Shown: positions 1 to 10,149, counted from the first letter of the stretch. The stretch is 64,000 nt of DNA from Candidatus Gottesmanbacteria bacterium (GCA_016186795.1 JACPKY010000001.1:65357-129356); one strand, 5' to 3'. The notes: generated by a model from the sequence alone, not told the origin. Translations and numbers: made by a program.

Positions 1-263
1 GGGGAATCGTAGAATTCATCACTTTCTTCCGGAGCATCGGTCGGAGTGATTGTTGGAGGTTTTGGGGTAGGTGTCCGAGAAATAATTCTAGAAATTTCAC
101 TCGGGACCGGTTGGGGAGAAAACGCTCGAGGAATAAATCGTGTTCCTACCTCGGAAAGTTTCGGTCCAGCAATTGCCCCAAGCAGAAGAACAATAAGACT
201 TCCTATTGCAATAACTGTACCTATTTCGCCCTGCTGATTATTAAATCGATTTTCATCTAACAT
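1..263 (-). CDS. Partial membrane-anchored surface protein (runs off window start)
   Basis: Read manually: MLDENRFNNQQGEIGTVIAIGSLIVLLLGAIAGPKLSEVGTRFIPRAF...PTPKPPTITPT; N-terminal TM helix then P/T-rich linker; open to window edge. Confidence 0.75.
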   Translation of the reverse strand, partial: MLDENRFNNQQGEIGTVIAIGSLIVLLLGAIAGPKLSEVGTRFIPRAFSPQPVPSEISRIISRTPTPKPPTITPTDAPEESDEFYDS

Positions 264-283
264 GAGAAAAACATCAAATGGAT

Positions 284-829
284 TTATTGTGCTCCGACTC
301 CATATCCTACAATCTGTAAATACCTGTTATCATCTGGATATTTAATTACTGCTTGACCGCTTTGTTTTGCTTTGAATGTGATCTTGGCAAGCATCATCGA
401 GCCTACCGGAAGAGTATTTGTTGCTCCTTTTACTACAAGGGCAACTCGGACAAAGTTATAGGTATTATCAAAACTCCCTTCTTTCATAACAACCGGCGCT
501 TCGGTAAACGCATAGGACGGATTTACTGTTTGAACTGCCGGAACAACATTTGTTGCCATAAGTTTCGCCTTATCATAAAGAATAGTCACATCCGCTCCAG
601 AAAGTTTTGCGCTTGAATCATTCATCTGAATCGTCGCAACAACGTCAAAATACTCTCCTGCATCGGGATTCGTATTCCCGGTAGATAAAAGAAGGTTAGC
701 ATTTCCTTGGAGTGCTCGAGGCCGAATATCTTGACCTTTCCGCGTCAGGTATAGAGTCACGGGAAGAGCAAAAAGAAGGAAAAGAAGGAAAAAGATAATG
801 AATTTTGAACGATTATTCATAGGTTGCAT
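284..829 (-). CDS. Membrane-anchored cohesin-domain protein
   Basis: N-terminal TM, then cohesin-like strands (FDVVATI, SGADVTILYD, LAKITFKAKQSGQAVI). Confidence 0.7.
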   Translation of the reverse strand: MQPMNNRSKFIIFFLLFLLFALPVTLYLTRKGQDIRPRALQGNANLLLSTGNTNPDAGEYFDVVATIQMNDSSAKLSGADVTILYDKAKLMATNVVPAVQTVNPSYAFTEAPVVMKEGSFDNTYNFVRVALVVKGATNTLPVGSMMLAKITFKAKQSGQAVIKYPDDNRYLQIVGYGVGAQ

Positions 830-3371
830 ACAACGCTTGAATTTCTGTTGCCGTCAAAACTTTGTTGTACAATCGAACCTCATCAATTCGCCCTTTGAAT
901 GTTTTCCTCTCTGCATATAAATTCCCTATCGCTGCTTTTATATTACTATCATCCAGTCGGCTCCCGACACCAGTTGATTTCTCATTATGTTCATTTGCGG
1001 GAGCACCATTTTTATAAAACTTTACACCACTTGGATTTACAGACCCGTTCCATGTCACACAGACAAACTGCCACTGATCAAGTGCAATGAGATTATTCGG
1101 TCCAGATACTCGAAGATCCGATCCCGAGTAATTCACGCCGAACCGAAGTGTTTTATCAACGGTTCCCGCATTGTCATTTTCCAGTGAAAACCACAGTCTT
1201 GGACCTTTCGCATATATTCTTCCTTTGCCATCCTCACCAAAACTTTTCGGAAAAATCCATGCACATATGGAAAGTGCTGCAAGATTATTCAAAGATACAT
1301 CCGGATTCATGTACACTTTATCGTCGTCTCCATCAAACCTCCTCGCATTTCCAACTTTCCCGGGTTGAATTGATGTGCCTTCCGCAATCCCAGGATTTCT
1401 TCCTCTTTGATCAGCAACCGTTGTTCCAGATGTCTCATCCATCTTCCAATAACTGACAAGACCAGGAGAAACAGAAGGTGTTGGCGTTGGACTCCGTTGA
1501 GGAGTAGGAGTTGCTGTTGGATTCCCTCCTGGGGTAGGTGTAGACGTCGGATTCCCTCCTGGGGTAGGTGTTGCTGTTGGAACAGGACCGGTTGGAATTA
1601 CTTTTTTTCGTCTCCAAATTTCATAATCACTTAAATCAACAAAGTACGTTGATGAATTTCCTTCCACACATGAAAAATTGGCATTACTTTGAGAAGAGGG
1701 ACTCACAAATGTATTGTATTGCTGTACCCACAGTGCATAGTCCGCCTCATTTATAACGTTGTCACAATTCGCATCACCACTATTTTTTTGCGAACAATTC
1801 GCAGAAGGCGATGGACAATATGGACCTTGTGGATAGGGCGATGGAGGTATTTTGAGTAATTTTGGTGCTCCAGTTGTGGGATACGGTGTCATTGTTGGAA
1901 TTGTCGTAGGAGTTGGGGTTACTGTTGCTTCTGGCTGGTTTGATGGTGATGGAGTTGCGGTTGCCGCAACAGATGGCGTTCCTGTTAGTAAACTTTGGAG
2001 AGCAACAAGTGAGTTTACTCCGCCATGCGTACTTGCATTTCCTCCCCACGAGGAAACTCCAGCAGATTCAATAATTTGTCGAACAGCAGAATTTGAAAGT
2101 CCAGAATTTTTGGCAAGAATGAGAGCGGCAAGGGCTGCAACATGAGGAGATGCCTGTGACGTCCCTGCCATATAGGCATACTGACTATTCTTATAAAGAG
2201 AGACAATACACATGGCAACCTCACTATCCGGACAATCGTTCGGATTTGCATATCCAGTGCAACAATCGCCTCCTGGAGCTGCAACATCAACCCAATTTAC
2301 ATTTCCGCTATTGTGCTCAGAATATGAGGCGAGTTGGTTTGTCTTGGTAAGAGCAGCAACTGATATGACATTTGGGAAAGCTGCCGGATACATATTGGGG
2401 TTTGTCTCATAACCGGTTGGGGTAGGGTTTGTCCCATAAAAAATTGGGCAACTATTCGTTCCTCCGCAATTTCCTGCTGCTGCAACAACAACAATTCCCG
2501 CATTCCAGGCGCGATTTACTGCATCCCTTAGATCATTTTTTTCTGTTGCGTCAATATTTCCTTCATTCACTCCTAAACTCATATTGATGACATCAACATT
2601 TTGGGAAATAGCCCAATCGATACCACGGATAAGCATTGCCGTTGTTCCGGCTCCTTGGTAATTGAGAACTTTTGCCGAAACAATTTTTACTCCCCATCCG
2701 ACACTTGCTACACCTACTGAATTATTGGTCACTGCTCCAATAATTCCTGCCGCGTGGCTCCCATGTCCATGATCGTCAGCTCCTCCTGAGACACAACTTC
2801 CTGAAAGACAGTTCACACTTGTAACAATTTTCCCAGATAAATCGGGGTGATTTGCATCAACGCCGGTATCAAGAATTGCTACTTTAATCCCAGACGTTGC
2901 CGTATTAATTGCATTTCCCGAATTTCCCAAAATATCCCATCCCGACTGATTACCAGGGGTTGGATCGGCAACGCGAAAGGTAGAAAGATTCCATTGATCG
3001 GCAAACCCTGGATCGTTGGCCGTTGCCAGTGCATAGACGGTTGCCGGAATATATGCTGCCTCAACGTTCGGATTTGCCTTCACCTGAATGAGCGCTTGAT
3101 TTGCATCTCCAGTTACTCGGTAAACCAAGGCGTTTGTATTGGGGAGTCCACCCTCAAGGGACGTACCGGGCATAGAGGAAGACACTGAAAGGATCGATTC
3201 ACTTGCGGGAGCACTTTTTAATTTCACGACGATTTGCGTCGGTACGTCAGACGATTGGGCGATTTCTGACCGAGGAACAAAATCCTGTGCCGAAACGGTG
3301 AATCTCCCGATTGTTATAAGGAGCACCAATGTAAAAACACCCACAACTAATGTGGTGAGCTTTTTGGGCAT
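813..3371 (-). CDS. S8 subtilisin-like serine protease with dockerin, PT linkers and C-terminal LamG domain
   Basis: Triad motifs VAILDTG, HGHGSH, GTSQASPHVA; oxyanion AAGN; dockerin GDANCDNVINEADY...VDLSDY; LamG GLVSYWKMDE...FKGRIDEVRLYNKVLT. Confidence 0.9.
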   Translation of the reverse strand: MPKKLTTLVVGVFTLVLLITIGRFTVSAQDFVPRSEIAQSSDVPTQIVVKLKSAPASESILSVSSSMPGTSLEGGLPNTNALVYRVTGDANQALIQVKANPNVEAAYIPATVYALATANDPGFADQWNLSTFRVADPTPGNQSGWDILGNSGNAINTATSGIKVAILDTGVDANHPDLSGKIVTSVNCLSGSCVSGGADDHGHGSHAAGIIGAVTNNSVGVASVGWGVKIVSAKVLNYQGAGTTAMLIRGIDWAISQNVDVINMSLGVNEGNIDATEKNDLRDAVNRAWNAGIVVVAAAGNCGGTNSCPIFYGTNPTPTGYETNPNMYPAAFPNVISVAALTKTNQLASYSEHNSGNVNWVDVAAPGGDCCTGYANPNDCPDSEVAMCIVSLYKNSQYAYMAGTSQASPHVAALAALILAKNSGLSNSAVRQIIESAGVSSWGGNASTHGGVNSLVALQSLLTGTPSVAATATPSPSNQPEATVTPTPTTIPTMTPYPTTGAPKLLKIPPSPYPQGPYCPSPSANCSQKNSGDANCDNVINEADYALWVQQYNTFVSPSSQSNANFSCVEGNSSTYFVDLSDYEIWRRKKVIPTGPVPTATPTPGGNPTSTPTPGGNPTATPTPQRSPTPTPSVSPGLVSYWKMDETSGTTVADQRGRNPGIAEGTSIQPGKVGNARRFDGDDDKVYMNPDVSLNNLAALSICAWIFPKSFGEDGKGRIYAKGPRLWFSLENDNAGTVDKTLRFGVNYSGSDLRVSGPNNLIALDQWQFVCVTWNGSVNPSGVKFYKNGAPANEHNEKSTGVGSRLDDSNIKAAIGNLYAERKTFKGRIDEVRLYNKVLTATEIQALYATYE
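1510..1581. repeat. 30-bp coding tandem repeat (PTPTPGGNPT linker)
   Basis: ggattccctcctggggtaggtgt occurs twice, 30 bp apart. Confidence 0.8.
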
Positions 3372-3435
3372 GTCCGTGTATTTATTCCAGTGTTGCAGAA
3401 AAAGAAAGTGGTGTCAATACAAAGATGCTAAGAAG

Positions 3436-6006
3436 TCATCTGCCAAATCGAGATCGGATCTCTTGGGTAGAAAGTACCCCACGATACATTTGCACTTCGT
3501 CAAGCGCCCCATCATAATAAAGTCCTTCAGGACCAATGGCACCAAAATAGAGATTCCTTGCTGAACTGTACTTTATTTCACCAGAAACTGATTTTGATGC
3601 TTTCTTTGCTCCATCGATATACAAAGCCATTTCTCCACTTCCGTAGGTACCAACTACTGAGTGCCATGTACCATCTAGAATAAGATTTTGAGGAAGTGAA
3701 AGTGAATCAGAGGTAATTTGCCCCTTCCCTACCAAAAAGTAAACAGTGTCTCGATACGTTCGAAATGTAATACCACTATAGGAAACAATATCGGTATTGG
3801 TGAAAAAATATTGACTACTACTGAATCCACCCAAATATTTTTGCGGAACTTGGGTATAATCAAATCCTGAAGGCCCAGGTGGTGGAACACCTTTTACCCA
3901 AAATCCAACAGTGAATGATTGCGGCTTGAGATTCTGGTTCATTGGAATTTCCACATATGACTTTTTGTTCCTGTCAAACACCCGCGCCAATCCCTCTTTT
4001 CCATTGGTAATTGTTGTTTGATAGGCAGTTCCATCATGATTTTTTTTGCTATCGCTTACGTTGTTTCCGGAATTTTCATCCATCTTCCAATCAGCTAAAA
4101 ATGTAGTATTTGCCGAAAGTGTAGGAGTTGGAGTACGGTTAGCCTGAATTGGTGTAGGTGTCTTTGTTGGTTGACCGGGGATAAGTGTCGGAGTCGGTGT
4201 TTTTGTCGGTTGTCCAGGTATAGTGGGTGTGGGAGTTCGTGTGGGAGTAGAAGGCTGCGTCGGTGTTGGCGTCTTGGAAGGATGTGGTGTTTGAGTGGTC
4301 GGAGTAGGAGTCGGGTTACCGCACTGGGGAGTTTTCCTGGCAACATGAGTACATGTTTGGAGTCCAGGTGGCTGCTGTACTATTTCGGTTGCCTCAACAA
4401 CTTTCCGCACCTGGTCACATGTTGATCCTGTTTTATAAAGATCATTGCAAGAACGCTTGAGGGCCTCTGCCATGTCTCGGAAGTTTGAACCTGCAGATAA
4501 ATATTTGTCCATCGCCCTATAAACAATTTGTATGGCTTTTTGTCTCTCAATACCTTGCATCGTGCACCCATTAAACGAACCTCCTTCTACGAGAAGATAG
4601 TACGTCTTATTCATAACTCCACTATTTGTATGCACCCCACCCGCATCGCTTGTACCACAATAGTAATAATTCGAATAGAGCCTGTCTGGATCGGATTTTT
4701 TGGGCGGATCATCCATGTATCGAAAAGGAGCATTGGGAATACTAGTATTTTCTCCTATCATCCAGTTTCCATCCATTTCCGATCCCATAATATCTGCCCA
4801 TGACTCATCAAGAGCTCCGGATTGGTTTTTGTAGACAAAATTCGATGTATAATCCGTCACTCCGTGCCCGAATTCATGACCAATAACATCGTACGCTACC
4901 ATTCCATTACAAAGCCTCATATGATCTCCATACCACCAAGCGTTTGGACAATACGGTGTAGTAGAGTCAACATGTACCCATGCCCGTTGTTTGGCTCCAT
5001 GATTATCGTAACTGTTCCGATGAAGTGTCTTGGAAACATAGTTGTATACGCTCCCCAATACGTCATATGAACCATCGACATCTGCATCGCCGTATGCAGG
5101 CTGTCCTTCTGTTCGCACAATTGGACACCCTCCGACGTTACAGTCTTTTATCTCCCGATTTGCCTCTTTCAGAAGAGATTCTTCGAAAATAACTGTTCCA
5201 TTTGACCTCTCAATAAAATATTTCATGGCAACTTGGGGATTTTCCGACTCTTCTTCGACGAAAACAGCAAACGTACTGTAGTTCGTCTCATCGTCAGAAA
5301 CGCCCAAGATACTTAAGTTGACAATGTATGGTTCTACTTTCATGACGCGGAAACCTTGAGCATTAGGATAGTCACTTTTTGCTTTCCCAAGAGCAATTCC
5401 TCTCGCCTGATCCTCAGAAATTGTTTGGACAGTTACTTCTGTACTTGTAGTGAGTGTTGCATCAATGGCATAAATCTCATTCCCATGACGCTCATGAAGA
5501 ATCATCTGCGCTGCGTATACTGGAGTTCCTCCAATTGTTTGCGTGTAAAAATAATGCTCCCCTTGCTTTTCAGGTGGTACCTCGGAGGTAGAATCTTCAG
5601 AATCGAGAATGACCCGAGAAAGTGTTGAGGAGGAAAAAAACCCGTCTGGAACAATCTTTACGAAGTCATCTCCACCCACTACCCTTCCCATAATTCCAAC
5701 CGTATTCCTGCCACTGGGAGCAGAATACGAAGGTGGGGAATTTAAAAATTCTGCAATCCCTGCTGCCCCTGACGATTGTGTCGTATAGAGATTTCCCTCC
5801 TCTGAATACAGAGAGTAACGCATTACTTTTGTTCCTGACGAAAAATACGAACCTCCAGAAAGGGCCGACGTATTGAGTGTTTTTAATGTTTGGGCTTTTC
5901 CCTGAAAGTAGGAACTGGTAGAAACGACCAATCCTGCGGTGATCAGGTTAAGGAGAAATAGAAGAAGAATCTTTGTGTTAAAAAGGTGATATCGACTTTT
6001 TTTCAT
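3436..6006 (-). CDS. M4 thermolysin-family metalloprotease with propeptide, PT linker and LamG domain
   Basis: PNAWW, VIGHEFGH, SGALDES, DAGGVHTNSG motifs; C-terminal WKMDE...GALDEVQMY. Confidence 0.92.
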   Translation of the reverse strand: MKKSRYHLFNTKILLLFLLNLITAGLVVSTSSYFQGKAQTLKTLNTSALSGGSYFSSGTKVMRYSLYSEEGNLYTTQSSGAAGIAEFLNSPPSYSAPSGRNTVGIMGRVVGGDDFVKIVPDGFFSSSTLSRVILDSEDSTSEVPPEKQGEHYFYTQTIGGTPVYAAQMILHERHGNEIYAIDATLTTSTEVTVQTISEDQARGIALGKAKSDYPNAQGFRVMKVEPYIVNLSILGVSDDETNYSTFAVFVEEESENPQVAMKYFIERSNGTVIFEESLLKEANREIKDCNVGGCPIVRTEGQPAYGDADVDGSYDVLGSVYNYVSKTLHRNSYDNHGAKQRAWVHVDSTTPYCPNAWWYGDHMRLCNGMVAYDVIGHEFGHGVTDYTSNFVYKNQSGALDESWADIMGSEMDGNWMIGENTSIPNAPFRYMDDPPKKSDPDRLYSNYYYCGTSDAGGVHTNSGVMNKTYYLLVEGGSFNGCTMQGIERQKAIQIVYRAMDKYLSAGSNFRDMAEALKRSCNDLYKTGSTCDQVRKVVEATEIVQQPPGLQTCTHVARKTPQCGNPTPTPTTQTPHPSKTPTPTQPSTPTRTPTPTIPGQPTKTPTPTLIPGQPTKTPTPIQANRTPTPTLSANTTFLADWKMDENSGNNVSDSKKNHDGTAYQTTITNGKEGLARVFDRNKKSYVEIPMNQNLKPQSFTVGFWVKGVPPPGPSGFDYTQVPQKYLGGFSSSQYFFTNTDIVSYSGITFRTYRDTVYFLVGKGQITSDSLSLPQNLILDGTWHSVVGTYGSGEMALYIDGAKKASKSVSGEIKYSSARNLYFGAIGPEGLYYDGALDEVQMYRGVLSTQEIRSRFGR

Positions 6007-6011
6007 AAAAC

Positions 6012-6659
6012 CTAATACTCAAACGAGGAAAGCATTGGTTGGTAGATAAACTCAGGACTGCCTTTTTTGTGAGAGATGAGGTAGACATAATTTTCCGACC
6101 AAAAAGCAGTTACTTCAAGAGGGTATTGAAAATACTCAGAAATTCCACCAAGGGTATAAACTTGTTTATTCGATACTGTTGATGCTGATGGTGTCGACAC
6201 ATGATAGAGAGCAAACGACCGTCTGAGTGGAGCAACCTCCTCACCAGTTGAGGTGCTCGTATTTCCTTCTAACCACGAAGATAAATCCTGGTAAGTTCCA
6301 CGATAGTAAGATGAGAGTCGAACCGAACCATCTTGTGAAGAGAGATCTTTCGGTATAAATTCAAGTATTTTATAGGCATAATTATTTTTCTCACTTCCAA
6401 TAGCGACTGGAATAACGTCATGCGTTGCTGGATACCTTAGTGAAAATTCGAGATCAGGATCATGATAGGTTAACCACGAAGTGTTTGGTTTCGGTTGAAT
6501 ATAAATGGCAAATCGTGGTCCCTCATACATTGTCAGCGTTGCTTCAAACAGTCGGAACCACACGATGACAAGAATAGCCATCAGAAGTATTCCAAGTGAG
6601 AGAACAATGGTAAAATCTGAAATTTTATTTGCGAAAAAATTCCTCATACTAAGAGTCAA
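6012..6659 (-). CDS. Membrane-anchored hypothetical protein (PsbP-like), paralog of 6656..7261
   Basis: TM then WLTYHDPDLEFSLRYP; shares LSxW.xxNT and YQ.M.SSF motifs with neighbour. Confidence 0.65.
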   Translation of the reverse strand: MTLSMRNFFANKISDFTIVLSLGILLMAILVIVWFRLFEATLTMYEGPRFAIYIQPKPNTSWLTYHDPDLEFSLRYPATHDVIPVAIGSEKNNYAYKILEFIPKDLSSQDGSVRLSSYYRGTYQDLSSWLEGNTSTSTGEEVAPLRRSFALYHVSTPSASTVSNKQVYTLGGISEYFQYPLEVTAFWSENYVYLISHKKGSPEFIYQPMLSSFEY

Positions 6660-7261
6660 TCAAAAGAAAGAGAAGAAATCATTTGGTGATAACTACTTCC
6701 AATTTTCTGGGCCTGTTGGGCGACAAAAATTGCATATTTATCAGTCAGAAAAAGTGTTGCCACTAAAGGATCGGCGATATCCGGATCGCCTATTGTAAAC
6801 TTGGCCGCCTCTTTGTCGTTTACAGTGCGATAAATAACGTTGTTGACTTGATATAACAAGAATTTCCCTGAGGACAAATCGCCAGAAGAAGTTGTATTTT
6901 CGACAATCCAATCTGATAGATTCTTACTATTTCTCTTTGGTAAAACCGTAACTAGAATTGGACTTTGCGCATCTTTTCCAGAAGGAATAAATGAAAGTGC
7001 GAGTAAAAAATCTCTACTTGTTGCAGTTAAATCTTCCATCGAATAAGTCAGTGGATATTTCAGTGATAATCCGAGATCTTCATTCGTATAGGATTGCTCA
7101 GTTCCCGATGTGGGATTTATTTCCGCTGGCCACTCAGATGGAGAAAGCCGGTCTGTTTTAACTAGTCTTACCAAAAAAAAGACAGCTATAAGAAAAACAA
7201 GAACTAACAGTGCAACAAGAATGTGATAAATATTTTTAATCATAAATAGCTCCCAAAACAT
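6656..7261 (-). CDS. Membrane-anchored hypothetical protein (PsbP-like)
   Basis: TM then SYTNEDLGLSLKYP...YHQMISSLSF; true start probably MIKNIY. Confidence 0.65.
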   Translation of the reverse strand: MFWELFMIKNIYHILVALLVLVFLIAVFFLVRLVKTDRLSPSEWPAEINPTSGTEQSYTNEDLGLSLKYPLTYSMEDLTATSRDFLLALSFIPSGKDAQSPILVTVLPKRNSKNLSDWIVENTTSSGDLSSGKFLLYQVNNVIYRTVNDKEAAKFTIGDPDIADPLVATLFLTDKYAIFVAQQAQKIGSSYHQMISSLSFD

Positions 7262-9310
7262 TTAACATCCACCACCACATTTACACTGACCATTCGGGCA
7301 ACATACCGGATTATTATTCTCGCAAGGATAGCTATCACAACTGCCTGGATTGAAATTACATCCACCACCACCATCACCGGTACAACGTCCGCAGCAACCG
7401 CCATTACAGCCATAACCTGGCTCTTTATTACAACACTGTTCTGGACTTGAACAGCCTGAATGGCCATTGGGAACGCAGTAGGGCGGTTCTGTAGGTTCAG
7501 CTTTTTTTCCGCCGACGCAGTCATACCCCCATGTTTTGCTGGCATCAACGTACACACAGTAAACAGTTCCATCGGGGCATTCTGGCTTATCACCGCTACA
7601 TTTACTCTCATCAATCACTCGACAGATTGGTTCCCACGTATCATCTTCTTTCTGTGCACAGAGGATTGTTCCGGTGGAAGGACACGAAGGAGCAGTTTTC
7701 CCTTCACATTTATCCGCGTTCGGATCTACATCACATACGTCATCATTCCATTCCCACTTATCTTCCTCATCTTCTCCAACATTGATACACTCTTTGGCTT
7801 CCTCACAGGGTTTTTCCACATCCTTACACTCCTCTCCGTCGCTACTTACCGGATAACAATTTAATTTATATTTTCCGGAATCTTCCGAATCCTCTTCACA
7901 TTTGGTAGAATATTTTTTCCCGTCATCTGGACAATCTGCAGTCTGTCCCTCACATTTGTCTTTCGTAGTTGGAGGTGAAGTTGAGGCGGCAACACATGCT
8001 CCGGCAACACATGTTCGTTTGGGATCGTATGAGGCGCAATCTTCTCCAGTATCTTGCCATTTATAGGAAGTTTTTGTGTCATCGGGATCTGTATCAACAC
8101 ATGCTTGGGGATTCTTTGAACTAGGTGAACATCTCCTCTCGTTATTCGCAACTGCTACCTGATCACATTCGCTCTTAGTACTGTCTCCGCATGTGGCGTC
8201 TTTATCTGCTGCTGGTTGTATACAGTATGGTCCGTTGCATGAAACCTTGTCCTTTTTATAGCGGTGACTACTCGTATCACATTCCCAGTATCCACTTCGA
8301 TCACCCGTACAGGTATTGACACTACATGATGCTGGACTTTGAGAGAATGGCACGCACCCGGTTCCCTCAACACAATCCTCTTCGGAACCACAATCTTTCT
8401 TGGTGAGAGTTTTTCCATCGCTACTGCAGGAAACTTGGCGCTTTTTCCTCTGTCCCATGTCCTGGCAGGTAATCCCATTATTTTTGGCTTCATAGGTACA
8501 AAGCGTATCATCACATTTGCCGGTGGATTGGTTACATACTTTTCCATTAAGACAACCGTTGGGATCGGCAACCCACTGATTGCCGCTACTGCAGTTGTAC
8601 AATTTTCCATTAAAACATGCGGTGGTGTCATTGTCTGAATCACATGCCTTCTCCTTTTTTGGTTTACATTCGGCCTTGTCTGTACAATACTGGCTGTCTG
8701 CATCACACGGCGGATTAATATCGATCCAATTAGTCGAGTATTTGGGGCACTTTGATCGATAAATAACATTGTCCACCGGAGTGCAGTCATACAACTCTTC
8801 GGTGTTATTCCCATCGCACCCATCCGTCCCCAATGCACTTATATACTGCGCTTTCCCTGCTGCGGCAAGCTGATTATTGGCACAGAGTTGATTGCAGGCA
8901 ATTTTGTCATCAAGACTATCACTGTAAAACTGGCACGTCGACATCTGGTTGGTAAATAAATCTCGTTCGCAATATCCGTTCGTATTACAAACAAGGCATT
9001 GCCGAACCAAACTTGCCCCAGGTTGTTCAAGCTGCGTATCATCTCCAATCCCAATCCCCAGAAACGGTCCTTCAAAAATTGCTCTGGGGTTCATTGTAAA
9101 CACTCGTACAGTCATTGATCCGGCGTAAAAAGAGGCAAGGAGTGTTACTAAAACAAGAAGGAGAAGAAGAATCAGGGGAAACCGATGGTTTGACTCCAGA
9201 TGATGTTTCATCTGGTTCCATCGGGAAGACTTTTTCACTTGCATAGAAAACAGAGTGCTTTTACATGCACCCCTTTCTTCTAGTAAATGCTTTTTCCTTA
9301 GTCTTGTCAA
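7262..9310 (-). CDS. Large cysteine-rich membrane-anchored surface protein
   Basis: Long ORF, single TM, dense small Cys modules, ends CKCGGGC; start uncertain (likely a downstream ATG). Confidence 0.8.
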   Translation of the reverse strand: MTRLRKKHLLEERGACKSTLFSMQVKKSSRWNQMKHHLESNHRFPLILLLLLVLVTLLASFYAGSMTVRVFTMNPRAIFEGPFLGIGIGDDTQLEQPGASLVRQCLVCNTNGYCERDLFTNQMSTCQFYSDSLDDKIACNQLCANNQLAAAGKAQYISALGTDGCDGNNTEELYDCTPVDNVIYRSKCPKYSTNWIDINPPCDADSQYCTDKAECKPKKEKACDSDNDTTACFNGKLYNCSSGNQWVADPNGCLNGKVCNQSTGKCDDTLCTYEAKNNGITCQDMGQRKKRQVSCSSDGKTLTKKDCGSEEDCVEGTGCVPFSQSPASCSVNTCTGDRSGYWECDTSSHRYKKDKVSCNGPYCIQPAADKDATCGDSTKSECDQVAVANNERRCSPSSKNPQACVDTDPDDTKTSYKWQDTGEDCASYDPKRTCVAGACVAASTSPPTTKDKCEGQTADCPDDGKKYSTKCEEDSEDSGKYKLNCYPVSSDGEECKDVEKPCEEAKECINVGEDEEDKWEWNDDVCDVDPNADKCEGKTAPSCPSTGTILCAQKEDDTWEPICRVIDESKCSGDKPECPDGTVYCVYVDASKTWGYDCVGGKKAEPTEPPYCVPNGHSGCSSPEQCCNKEPGYGCNGGCCGRCTGDGGGGCNFNPGSCDSYPCENNNPVCCPNGQCKCGGGC

Positions 9311-9475
9311 GAATTATTCATATCCAAACCCTATTCAGAAAGTCCTCTTTTTGGTACAATACCTTGCACCTATACTCTTCTTACTGTATTTTGCAACTTT
9401 TTCGTAAGAAAAATGTTGCTAAATCAGTCTAGAAGGAGTTATACCCGTAACAATTTCAATTGTGAAGGGTATATC

Positions 9476-9549
9476 GCCTCCTTAGCTCAGTGGCAGAGCG
9501 ACGGTTTTGTAAACCGCTGATGACAGTTCGATTCTGTCAGGAGGCTCCA
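9476..9549 (+). tRNA. tRNA-Thr(TGT)
   Basis: GCCTCCT..AGGAGGC acceptor, anticodon loop TTTGTAA, T-loop TTCGATT, encoded CCA. Confidence 0.93.
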
Positions 9550-9571
9550 GCTGAGGTGGCGGAGTGGACAA
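9550..9571 (+). pseudogene. 5' tRNA fragment (probably a former tRNA-Tyr allele)
   Basis: GCTGAGGTGGCGGAGTGGACAA is an acceptor 5' strand plus D-arm, similar to the start of tRNA-Tyr at 10067. Confidence 0.65.
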
Positions 9572-10053
9572 CTAAATTTTTTGATTTAGAATACATACAT
9601 CATGTAGCCACATTGATAAAAAAACTTTTTGGTATTGATTCAAAGATAGCAACATCGAACAGTGGGTATTACGTGGTATATTTTGGCTCAACGGAGACGG
9701 TACGATGGTTACTTGGAATGGGACTGGTCTTCAATAAGGTTAAGAGCCAAGTCAATGCACCGGATTGGATACTTTCTCAGAAAGAGTATATGAAATTTTT
9801 CTTAAAGGGATTTTTTGATACTGATGGCTCAGTATATAAATTACGATTTGGTATCCAATTGTCCTTTACGAACAGATCAATACCCTTATTGAATTCGTTG
9901 CGACGTTGTCTTTTCGTACTTGGTTTCAAACCATCAATTATCAGCTGTTACCATATATACTTGACAAGACGTGATGATGTGAGTAAGTTTTTCCGAGAAG
10001 TTGGTCCTGCAAACAAGAAACATAGAGAAAGATTTCGACTATTCCATATGTGA
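9572..10053 (+). pseudogene. N-terminally truncated LAGLIDADG homing endonuclease
   Basis: FLKGFFDTDGSV motif, LSFTNRS..LL; first motif and start codon missing, frame runs back into tRNA sequence. Confidence 0.8.
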
Positions 10054-10066
10054 GATGCCCTTATTA

Positions 10067-10149
10067 GCCAGGATGGCTGAGTGGACTAAAGCACGAGACT
10101 GTAAATCTCGCGCCGTAAGGCTTCCTAGGTTCGAATCCTAGTCCTGGCA
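10067..10149 (+). tRNA. tRNA-Tyr(GTA)
   Basis: GCCAGGA/TCCTGGC acceptor, CGAGA-CTGTAAA-TCTCG anticodon arm, long variable arm, TTCGAAT. Confidence 0.95.

Noticed and set aside
1430-4330. Pro/Thr repeats as a DNA-level repeat system
   Set aside because: Explained as ordinary protein linkers in the proteases
9490-9571. ORF-track N-terminus of the LAGLIDADG protein (MAERRFCKP...)
   Set aside because: It is translated tRNA sequence, not a real start
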